Positions 1-8,866 of a DNA stretch of 64,000 bases are shown here, one piece after another. The stretch is from Trypanosoma brucei (lineage: Eukaryota). The notes below the pieces were generated by a model. The model searched no databases and was not told the DNA's origin. It saw only the letters and a program-made list of their open reading frames with translations. The stretch spans positions 512,001-576,000 of the forward strand of contig CM000208.1 of assembly GCA_000002445.1 (NCBI GenBank), given 5' to 3'. The translations under genes were made by a program, and so were the position numbers. Position 1 is the first letter of the stretch. Every line of letters begins with the position of its first letter.

Positions 1-535
1 GCGTTTGCGTCGCTCAGATGTTGAGACATTGTTATACCACCCGAAGGGTAGTTTGGTATTTCAGCAGTTCCTTCGTGCTGGAGCCGCGCACCATCCACAA
101 GGAAAGAAAGGAGGTGAGCAACAGCAAGAACAACAACGGGTGGAGACGATGATCCCATTGAGTTTCATGCGACGTATCTCCCCACTTCTGCCACGGTTGG
201 TGGTTAATACGTACGCCGCGTACGTGATAGAGGTGCTATACGATGTTGGGAGCTTTGAGGTGAAAGAAGAGCTCGTCAAGGCACTTTTGCCAATATACAA
301 TGAGATGAAACGTAGCCATGAGGAGAAACAACGAGAGGTTAGAGAAGCAGCGAGCCGAAATGATCCATCCGCTAACCCAAACAACTTTCACATGTCAGAA
401 TTTATCACACGGAAAGTAATGACAAAGTGTCTTGTAGAGATGTACTCCCATAGGCCTGATGATTGGGCGAAGCTCGCGAGACGGCAGTGCCAGGTTCAGC
501 GGCTTTTGCAACGTATGTCTTCTGTAGCATTTTGA
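1..535 (+). CDS. Hypothetical protein, probably truncated at the 5' end by the window edge (the frame is open from the window start; an internal ATG at 149 is an alternative start)
   Basis: Open frame from the window start to the TGA at 533-535; protein-like composition; followed by a pyrimidine-rich intergenic spacer. The track's start at 5 is a TTG. No recognisable domain. Confidence 0.35.
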   Translation, partial: RLRRSDVETLLYHPKGSLVFQQFLRAGAAHHPQGKKGGEQQQEQQRVETMIPLSFMRRISPLLPRLVVNTYAAYVIEVLYDVGSFEVKEELVKALLPIYNEMKRSHEEKQREVREAASRNDPSANPNNFHMSEFITRKVMTKCLVEMYSHRPDDWAKLARRQCQVQRLLQRMSSVAF

Positions 536-910
536 GAGAGGAGTGCGAGTGCGCGTGTTCGTCCGTGTGAGACAATCTAATGAGTTACTAACTTACCTCT
601 TCGTCATTCACTAGTAAGGATTTGGTTTGGTATTCTAACTTTTTGTGATTCGTATAATCGCTAACGTTTTTGTTTACCTTTTTTTTCTAAAAGACTTTCG
701 ATGGCTTGGTGCCGCGTCGCACAAACTGGGAATATGTTAAGACGAGAAAGTTTTCATCTGTGCCCTTCGCTTTCCTTTCTCTTATTATCTTTCACTTGCC
801 CAAAATGAACACAGGACGGAGTGTAATTAGATTGAGTCCGGCGAGTAGTGGTCAAATACGGTTGTTGGGCTGTGTGTTGGTTGTTGGTGTCGCAGGTAAG
901 TAATTTGGAG

Positions 911-3900
911 ATGGCCCAACCGGTGGATCTATGTGAACTGTACAGTTCTTACTGCAAGGAGGAAGGTTGTAAACCAAATACTGCGGTTTTGCAATACATT
1001 ATCGACTGTGGGCGCAGGTATCCACTAGAAAAGTTGATACTGGGTAACAATTACTTGGGACCACGAGGCTTACGACCGATTGTTCGCCTGGTGGACTATT
1101 GTCCAACAATGATGCATCTCAACATCGATGAGAACGGGGCTGATAACGACACCGTATCACTCCTCTGTGATGTGCTAATGACACACAAAGGCATGCAGAC
1201 AATCAGCCTACGCGGTAATCCAATCACGGCCACCGGTGGGAAGAAGTTGCTCGCACTTGCGGAGAAGAACCCTAAAATCACTCATATTGATCTTGATAAC
1301 ACGGACGTTTTTCAGGCACTCTTGTTGAAGATCTACGCCGCAACGAAAGCGAACCGTGATCGGATTGGGAGGGGGGCGGTACACCTTATTCCAACCAGTA
1401 TGGACGAGAAGGAATTAATGGCTATTGTGAGCAGCGCAAATACGAAGATGACACACACGTTTACAGAGAAGCCGGTGATTAGACAACTCCCCAGCGTCAA
1501 AAAGGGTGAGCCAACTCCTGTGGAGAGTTCCGTGTCACCCCGTGTAGTGTCACCGGTGGAGCGCTCAACAACTTTCCCAAAACCTGGTAGGGCCTGGGGT
1601 GGTGGTCAACCTTCCTGTGAAACCAAGTCTCCCCTTGCACGCAGGAAGGGGAGGGCTCGGCCACCTATTCCTCCCATTACGTCTCGTTTGCCGGAGTCTC
1701 AACGACTAGAGTTGCAGAAGGAATACCGTCAAAGGGCAATGATCCTACGCGAAGTGAATACGAGCCAAGCGAGCAAAGTAGCCAATCGCGTTCGTGAAGA
1801 GTTGATGCTATTAGAGCGTAACTTTAGGAGTGAGCCCTCCACCCAACTCGGTTGGAACGTGGAAGCTGCGGGAACGGAGGCCGGAGAAGGTAAGGGGGAC
1901 CACAGTTTCGACCAAGATTTGGAGGCTATTGAAGGATATGTGGACACCAACCAGGAGGAGACGGAGCATGGTGCTCAGCCGCAAATGCAGCATGTAGAGG
2001 AAGGCTCCGCGGATAATAGTCGACCTGAGGGGCTTATAAATCGCTCATCAAATGGTGCTTTCGGCCCTCCACCGAACTTCCGTGAGCCACAGCAGCAAGT
2101 GTTGTTGCGAAGGGATGAAACATCTCCCGAAGTACCATTCGGCAATGCCGGAGGGGTGACTTCGCTGAAGTCCATAAATTTGAGCGCAATTTCCCCATCT
2201 TCTAATAGCCCTGATTTCACTGGGAAAATTGTGTTGCAAAGTGGTACTCCGAACACGAATACGGAGAAGGAGAGCGAAGACAACGTACACACATTTATGG
2301 AGAGTCCTGCTTGGATGACGCTCGGAAGCGGCGAAAAATTGCAGTACCTCTTTAACAGTGGCTGTCGTGCGTACGTAAGCCAGAAGTTTGACACTTCGTA
2401 CATGGCATGGAAGGAGGCAATGTCCATTGCCACTTCAGTGAAGGACAGACAGTGGATGGCAGTGCTTTCTAACAATTTGCAGCGACTGAGCTATGAGATG
2501 CTAGTACGTGAAGGTACCGAGTTCCTAGATGAATTTAAGCTAGAAGATGCGGACGTAGCCTTTCAGCGTGCTCTTGAAGTTGCCCGTAGGGCAAATAACG
2601 CAAAATGGGAGTCAGATATGCATAAAGCACGTCGGGATGTACAGGTGGCTATTTTCCACAAAACTGATGAGGCTGCGTTGCGTATGTTCGAAAAAGCACA
2701 AACCACGGAGCCGCGAAAAGTGACGAGTGACGATTATTTTGTCGTTGCGGGCTCCGATGTACTTATACAGCACACCGAGGCGTACGTGAACGAGTGGGCT
2801 TGCATGTTGCTGGTAAAGGAGGCTGTCGAGTTGTGGGCGGCGGCCATCCGCGTCACTGAGCGAATTGGGGGAACTGCTTCTCATACACTTCAAGTTTCTG
2901 TGAAGGAGTCGCTGACTACAGTTTCGTACTTTCTCGCGCAGAGGTGTTTCGATGTGGAGGACACACAGTCGTTGAGTTGGATGTCCACTTCCCGCTACAA
3001 CTACCATGAGTGTATTATGCTCATCAAACTGTGGACGGACATGACGTCCAGCGCCGATTTTCGCGAAAATCATAAACTCTTCGCAGCCATTGCCGCGGCT
3101 CAGATAGGGAATTTGTACCTAGCTACGAACCAACTGAAAGAGGCGGAGGCGCAGTTCTCAGCGCTTACATCTCTCGGTGAAGAACTTCGTGATTCAATCC
3201 TAATCGCTGCCGGGCACACTTTCCGGGCACTTCTCAACTGGCAGTGTGCGCGGTATCCAGCAGCGGAGGAGCACTTTCGTACGGCCGTAGCGCGTTGGGG
3301 TGCACTACGCGATGTGGTGAGACGGGAACGACTGGAGCAGAACAGCTTCGTTGGAAATACCACTGGTGTCAACTCAACATCAAATTCCAGCAGTAACGTA
3401 GTCGATAGTCTGACCAAGGTGACCACCGGCCGTTATCACGTGGATGGAGTTTCAGATGCTGTGTTTTCCCGCTGTAATGAGTTGTCAAGGCTACTGTTGC
3501 TGCTGCCACGTGGATACGTGTCGATGATGGAGTGTGTCAGCTACAACTACCTTGTTTCGAGTCTCGCATGCAAATACCGATACAGCGAAGCACTGGAGGT
3601 GTTGGAGTGTGGCTTGGTTTGTAAGTATCGTGACATGCTCTTTGACAAGCTCGAGATGAACTTTAGCACTCGGCCTACTTTTGCACAAATCACGGCCACA
3701 CCTTCACTGGTTCACTCACCCCTGGTTTATTATTTGACGACAAGGCGTTATGAATGGAGCTCTACAAAGTGCTCCTACGACGTGGAGGAGAGTTTGCTAA
3801 CGTGGATTGTTCCACAGGTGGGTGACATGCGTTTTATTGAGATCCCTTTGATGAAGGAAATGAAAGTGTTGTCCGTTGACAGTCTTGTGCAGAGGGTGCG

Positions 3901-5128
3901 TAAGTCACTTTTGCTTGCCCCCCTTGATAGGCTGGGAGCAAACAATGCTAGGAGTGGCGGAACCAGCGGTGACTCCTGTGGGGGCGAAAAGGCGGTGGAT
4001 GCACCTGAGATAATTACGGAGCTTCCTAATAAAACATGGGTGGAACCACTCAAGACGCTTTACAACATTTTCATCGAGCCCATTGCAGCCTATATCCGCT
4101 CGTCGGACCCGCGGCTCCTGGCAAAGAACGGTGTCGTAACGATAATTCCCACGGATGGCCTGTGGCTCGTCCCATTCAATGCCCTCATGTCACGGAACGG
4201 GAATTTCGTTATTGAGGACTTTGCTTTTCAGTTGGGGTTCAGCGCTACACAGTGTCGTCTCGCTGCGCTGAGTGCGAAGCGAGTGCAGCAGCGGTGTTTG
4301 TTTCAGAACTTGGTGCTCGTACAAAAACAGGCGGACGCTACCGAGCAGTTGATGTCGCACTTGCTTTTTCCTCTTGATGCTCACCGCTCAGAGAGTGAAG
4401 GTGCTGTAGTCATGCAGACGCTTGCTCAGAACAAGCGGCACGTCCGACACCAGTGTAATTCCTACGTGACAAGCGAGATAACGAGCAGCGAGGTGCTCCT
4501 GCACGACATCGAGAAACTGAAGGAACACTTGCCGCGCAGTCGCACAGTTCATATCGCCGCCTCCACCACAAGCGGCTTTCGGAATGAGGATGCAGGTGGA
4601 GGTGCCATTTGTATAGCGGGGACAAAGGGCGACTTACAACTGTTGCGTTCCTCTGATATTGCGCGCATGGAATTATTCGCTGAGCACGTGATTCTTAGCA
4701 ACGCTAATATGTCACCCTCTGGCATCGTTGGCACGCACGACGATGTACTTTGTCTCACCCGCGGCTTCCTCGCTAGCGGGGTGCCATGCGTTATTACATC
4801 GCAGTGGTGCACACCCGACATGGTGCCAGCGATGCTCTTCTCACGCTTTTACCAACACCAGTCCGCGCCCAATAAACGCACTCGAAGCTCGTTGCTGTCC
4901 CGTGATTCCATTGGACTGCTCCCTGCATCGGGTACTCAACAGAATGCATTGTCTAGGAAGGAGGAGGGGAGTGATCGGTGTAACGACAACTTAAACTGGC
5001 ACAAGGCACTTTTCCTTGCGCAAGCCATCCGGGGGTTATTGGAGGACGACACATTCCGTTACTCACCGCGTTCGTGGGCGGGGTATTATTGCATTGGGTA
5101 CGGGTTGATGCCGCCGGGGGAGGCCTGA
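911..5128 (+). CDS. Large multidomain protein: N-terminal leucine-rich repeats (ribonuclease-inhibitor-like), central TPR-like helical region, C-terminal CHAT (caspase HetF-associated with TPRs) peptidase-like domain
   Basis: 1426-aa ORF (the track starts at a GTG at 848; first ATG at 911, MAQPVDL...). LRR signature: LGNNYLGPRGLRPIVRLVDYCPTMMHLNIDENG...ISLRGNPITATGGKKLLALAEKNPKITHIDLDNTDV. C-terminal block matches CHAT architecture: ...VVTIIPTDGLWLVPFNAL..., ...TVHIAAST..., ...HVILSNANMSPSGIVG..., ...DVLCLTRGFLASGVPCVITSQWCTPD..., ...FSRFYQH... Confidence 0.8.
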   Translation: MAQPVDLCELYSSYCKEEGCKPNTAVLQYIIDCGRRYPLEKLILGNNYLGPRGLRPIVRLVDYCPTMMHLNIDENGADNDTVSLLCDVLMTHKGMQTISLRGNPITATGGKKLLALAEKNPKITHIDLDNTDVFQALLLKIYAATKANRDRIGRGAVHLIPTSMDEKELMAIVSSANTKMTHTFTEKPVIRQLPSVKKGEPTPVESSVSPRVVSPVERSTTFPKPGRAWGGGQPSCETKSPLARRKGRARPPIPPITSRLPESQRLELQKEYRQRAMILREVNTSQASKVANRVREELMLLERNFRSEPSTQLGWNVEAAGTEAGEGKGDHSFDQDLEAIEGYVDTNQEETEHGAQPQMQHVEEGSADNSRPEGLINRSSNGAFGPPPNFREPQQQVLLRRDETSPEVPFGNAGGVTSLKSINLSAISPSSNSPDFTGKIVLQSGTPNTNTEKESEDNVHTFMESPAWMTLGSGEKLQYLFNSGCRAYVSQKFDTSYMAWKEAMSIATSVKDRQWMAVLSNNLQRLSYEMLVREGTEFLDEFKLEDADVAFQRALEVARRANNAKWESDMHKARRDVQVAIFHKTDEAALRMFEKAQTTEPRKVTSDDYFVVAGSDVLIQHTEAYVNEWACMLLVKEAVELWAAAIRVTERIGGTASHTLQVSVKESLTTVSYFLAQRCFDVEDTQSLSWMSTSRYNYHECIMLIKLWTDMTSSADFRENHKLFAAIAAAQIGNLYLATNQLKEAEAQFSALTSLGEELRDSILIAAGHTFRALLNWQCARYPAAEEHFRTAVARWGALRDVVRRERLEQNSFVGNTTGVNSTSNSSSNVVDSLTKVTTGRYHVDGVSDAVFSRCNELSRLLLLLPRGYVSMMECVSYNYLVSSLACKYRYSEALEVLECGLVCKYRDMLFDKLEMNFSTRPTFAQITATPSLVHSPLVYYLTTRRYEWSSTKCSYDVEESLLTWIVPQVGDMRFIEIPLMKEMKVLSVDSLVQRVRKSLLLAPLDRLGANNARSGGTSGDSCGGEKAVDAPEIITELPNKTWVEPLKTLYNIFIEPIAAYIRSSDPRLLAKNGVVTIIPTDGLWLVPFNALMSRNGNFVIEDFAFQLGFSATQCRLAALSAKRVQQRCLFQNLVLVQKQADATEQLMSHLLFPLDAHRSESEGAVVMQTLAQNKRHVRHQCNSYVTSEITSSEVLLHDIEKLKEHLPRSRTVHIAASTTSGFRNEDAGGGAICIAGTKGDLQLLRSSDIARMELFAEHVILSNANMSPSGIVGTHDDVLCLTRGFLASGVPCVITSQWCTPDMVPAMLFSRFYQHQSAPNKRTRSSLLSRDSIGLLPASGTQQNALSRKEEGSDRCNDNLNWHKALFLAQAIRGLLEDDTFRYSPRSWAGYYCIGYGLMPPGEA

Positions 5129-6356
5129 GTTGTGTCAGGTCTTATTTCTTTTTTTCTTTCTTCAGTTTTTTCTTTTCTTCGGCGTTTATTGATCCGACTT
5201 TCCGCTTTGGTGTGGGTCACTTCCACTCTTCCTTATATGTATATGTATGCGTATGTTTACATCGCGTGCTTTGCTTGTTTGATTGTGCACATGCGCTAAA
5301 CTTTTTGTTGTTGTGGTATTTTCTTGACAGTCAGGTGTTTGCATGGCAATATATGACGGGGGAGGGATTGAACGCACGCTTGTAGTGGATTTGGCATCAA
5401 CTGAAGGTAAGTTGAGATCATGTGGAAATGAGGGAAAAGATAAGAGGCACGGGCGTAGTGTATTTTTATGAAGAGATTGCAAAAGAGTGGGTGATGTAGG
5501 GAGGGGGGAGGGAACAGTGCAAGAAAAGGTTGCTATGATTTTCCCCTCATTTTATGGTCATCCCTCCTTGGATATTTATTGTACAGAAATGTGGTGTCTT
5601 TTGTACTGCAACCAGTTGCTGCGTGTTATAGGAGCCTTTACTGATGTAAAATATGATAGAACAAGCGAGGGAAGGAAAGAGTCACACCCACATACACTTG
5701 CGGAAGTACAAGTACGCAAATACACAACAAAATGGAGGGAGACGGTAAAGAAGAATGTACTTTAAATGCAGAGTAGGCTCACAAGAAAAAAGTTTATAAG
5801 TTGTAGCTTTTTGTCCCCTATCCTCTTTTCCCCTTTCGCTATTTTTTTTTTCGGTGTCAGCTTTCCATCTGCACCGCACCTCTGCACATTATTTTCTTGG
5901 TCACATCTCTTTATTTTCTCATCTTGCACCGGGGAAACTATTTCTTCCTTGCCTCACTTCCTCGACTTGTTTGTTTCCCTTCTTCTATGTATGAGGGCTG
6001 CGAAGGAAGAGAGATACCGCGTCCGAGCCACCGCCACCGGAGCAAACTGGAAAAAAAAATAGAAGTAGAATTTTTTCTTTTTTAATAACCGGTGGCAGCG
6101 TTGCCGTGTTGTTGAAAATAGAGAGAGCGAAGAGAAGGATAGCGGTCAACGCTTGGCTGCGCAACCGAATACAGTGGTGGACGGGAGGGGAAGGAGAGCA
6201 CAGGAATTAAGAATTCTGGCAGAACCCAAAACTGAGGATTGAAGGTAAAGGGATAATCAAGGAAGAAGAAGCTTCAATAAAGATTGTGCATATAGGCGAC
6301 AGCACTCGTACACACAAGCACCAACACATATATAAATATACATTTACACGGGGTAA

Positions 6357-8477
6357 ATGACCGATAATAAGGTTCTCTACGTTGGTTGCGTTGTTGTCAC
6401 CCTGAAAGAGGTTCGCGTCTGCGGGAAGCAGCTGGAGTGTGAAGCGACCCGCAGTGGTGGCGCCCAGTTCTGCGTGCGTACTGCCGTGGCCGTGGCAGAG
6501 ACTGCAAACCACAGCATACATGAGCGTTTCTGTGAGCGCGTCAACTCCAGCATATACTCCTTTAAAAACAGCACGATGATGGAACAAATGGTGGTACCGG
6601 TGATGCTGTTGCGTTCCCCATCAACCATCGCCACGATGAACGGGAGCAAACACAATGACAAGGTCAATACCAACGGTAGTGCCGATCGCGTCAGGAATGG
6701 TAACAGCGATGTGACTGATCTGGGAGCGAACGGGGAGGATATGGATGTAGGGCTAGATCTGTTTTTGGATATCAGTTTCTTGCATGGAGAATCTATGGTA
6801 TGGAGTCTGCGACGCCGAGTTGAGGTGGAGTCATTGGACGCAATCGCCTCGCAGAATTGTGGAGTTGCAGTTGCGCGCGTGAGTACCGATGTCCTGCAAA
6901 GCAACGGTGTGTTGCCGACTTCAGAGGCTGTACGGGGCGGTTCCGCCGCGTGTGATGCCAGCGATGGACGTGAGGATGATGAATGGTCAGGGTTAGAGTT
7001 GCACGTCATTGTGCGGTCCATGGACATGTCCGAGCCGATTCGGCTGATGGTTGCCGCAGAGCGGGAGGCGAGCGCGTTTCTGGACTTACCTCAGAGAGAA
7101 CCCCAAACAGTATTCTTGTTACCGCTGCGGCATGCCATGCCATACAACGCGCTTCCGCTTGAGGTACTGTACCAGTTTTATTGCTGTTTCTATGAGTATT
7201 TCTTTAACAAGCCTGTTAAAGTCTTTGGGCACGTGGTGAATATGCTGCGTACCCGGCAACCTGGTGGAATGGGTGACAACAAAACACGCGGTGGTGCTGT
7301 TACAGAAGGACGCTGGAGCGAGTTACGCTCCGCTGACCTACGTCCCTTACTTCTCGGTGAAGATGCATTAGCGCCGGTACTGGCCACACTGTTTCACTGC
7401 CCAGGGTTACGTGAGTTACTGTTGGACCAAAACAGTTTGAGTGATATAACGTGCTACCGTATTAGATCCCTGTTTTACCGCCACCGCCACTTAGAGACGC
7501 TGTCCATCGCAAGGAATAATATACATGAGGGTGGCGGCGAGCAGCTTGTGCGCCTCATACGTCGGAACAAGCGTCTTATTGATGTGAAAGCCTCTGGCAA
7601 CCATTTCACGCACTCTATGTCGTCGCGGATCCAGCGTGTGGCGAGTCTCAACGAGGAGTACATAAGGGGGGACCCTTACAATGTCTTTTCATCTGCGTAT
7701 TCGTATGTTGTGTCTCCCACATCGTTCCCGGCTAGCATTATAAAACAAGCACTAGCTGTTTGGGCGATGCTCTCAGCGGCGCCGGTAAGCACGGTAATTG
7801 TAGACTGCGTCCCTAACAGCACTTTTGGGATAGACTTAATGGGTTCTCCCAACAATATGAAAAGCAACGGTTCCCTCCACGGCTCTGCACTTGACAACGG
7901 TGTTGTGGAAGCTACTGATAAGGCGTTGGAGTCCAGCCAAGCTACTTCAATTCCCCATTGTGCGCTCTCGCCTCTCCTGAATGAAGTGATGCGGACTGTT
8001 GCACTACGAATGTCGTCCATTTTACACGACCCGTGGGCACTCCTTGTGTTCTCTGATATTGAAAGTCATTGGGAACGGTGCACCATAACACTGAGGGAAC
8101 AGAAGGAAAAATGCAGCAAACAGGACGCCCAGGCCGCCGCAGACGGGCGAGAAGATGGGCCTGCAAGCATAAGACATGGTGAGGCAGCGTTGTGCGAGGT
8201 GGAGGACTTGTACGCCATATCATTTCTTCACCTTGTGGTAGTGACAATGCGAGCCGTTGGAAGGGCAATGGACTGGGAAGACGCGTCTTCGGTGCTTCGC
8301 GATATTGGAAGGAAGCAGATGGCTATAGGCATTTTAGAAGAAAACTACCGTGATGCTATCCAGATCTTTGTCCAGTCACTTGCAGTGGTGTGTGGGAAAG
8401 ACGAAGCTGACGTTGAGCACTCCGCAGCATTCCTTCAGTGCCTCGCCTTAGGCGTCAGGACTGCAGTAGCAGCGTAA
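6357..8477 (+). CDS. Hypothetical leucine-rich-repeat protein (706 aa)
   Basis: ATG at 6357, TAA at 8475-8477. LRR segment: LRPLLLGEDALAPVLATLFHCPGLRELLLDQNSLSDITCYRIRSLFYRHRHLETLSIARNNIHEGGGEQLVRLIRRNKRLIDVKASGNHF. Same strand and spacing as its neighbours. Confidence 0.65.
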   Translation: MTDNKVLYVGCVVVTLKEVRVCGKQLECEATRSGGAQFCVRTAVAVAETANHSIHERFCERVNSSIYSFKNSTMMEQMVVPVMLLRSPSTIATMNGSKHNDKVNTNGSADRVRNGNSDVTDLGANGEDMDVGLDLFLDISFLHGESMVWSLRRRVEVESLDAIASQNCGVAVARVSTDVLQSNGVLPTSEAVRGGSAACDASDGREDDEWSGLELHVIVRSMDMSEPIRLMVAAEREASAFLDLPQREPQTVFLLPLRHAMPYNALPLEVLYQFYCCFYEYFFNKPVKVFGHVVNMLRTRQPGGMGDNKTRGGAVTEGRWSELRSADLRPLLLGEDALAPVLATLFHCPGLRELLLDQNSLSDITCYRIRSLFYRHRHLETLSIARNNIHEGGGEQLVRLIRRNKRLIDVKASGNHFTHSMSSRIQRVASLNEEYIRGDPYNVFSSAYSYVVSPTSFPASIIKQALAVWAMLSAAPVSTVIVDCVPNSTFGIDLMGSPNNMKSNGSLHGSALDNGVVEATDKALESSQATSIPHCALSPLLNEVMRTVALRMSSILHDPWALLVFSDIESHWERCTITLREQKEKCSKQDAQAAADGREDGPASIRHGEAALCEVEDLYAISFLHLVVVTMRAVGRAMDWEDASSVLRDIGRKQMAIGILEENYRDAIQIFVQSLAVVCGKDEADVEHSAAFLQCLALGVRTAVAA

Positions 8478-8866
8478 CCTAGTGTGTTATTGCTCGGTGC
8501 CCTACAGTTGTTTGTAGCAAAACTCGGTACACGTTCCTACTTCACTTGCCTACTATGTACACACGAAAATATTCACCCAAACACTTTGTTGAGAGACAAT
8601 TCTTACATCATCCATTCGGAAAGTACAAATAATCACCAAACCGTAATGGAAAAAATCCGAACCCTTTCCCTATTTGTTTCAATAAAATACCCTTTCTCTC
8701 TTTAGCTTGCGCGAAGTTTGTATTCGTGCATGTCCCATTGGGCCCATTTGACTCTTATGTCTTTGGAGCAATCAAGCAAATAAAAGTCAAGGATTGAAAC
8801 CTTTTTTGTGTGATAGTATCGCTGTGTGTACGTGCCTAAGTATCTGAGGTCGGTAGGTAGTGAGAG

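Noticed and set aside
848-910. GTG/TTG-initiated N-terminal extensions in the ORF track (848, 5, 11830, 26769, 31111, 42388, 47399, 49390)
   Set aside because: The track uses a bacterial start-codon set. This is a eukaryote, and several of the extensions run through the polypyrimidine/splice-acceptor tract itself (e.g. 11936-11987). I re-anchored the CDSs on the first downstream ATG.
5074-6085. Small ORFs (5074-5385, 5766-6062, 5897-6085) after the 1426-aa gene
   Set aside because: Their translations are dominated by poly-Phe/Ser from T/C-rich tracts (tttctttttttctttcttc...), which is typical of 3' UTR/polyY sequence, not coding.
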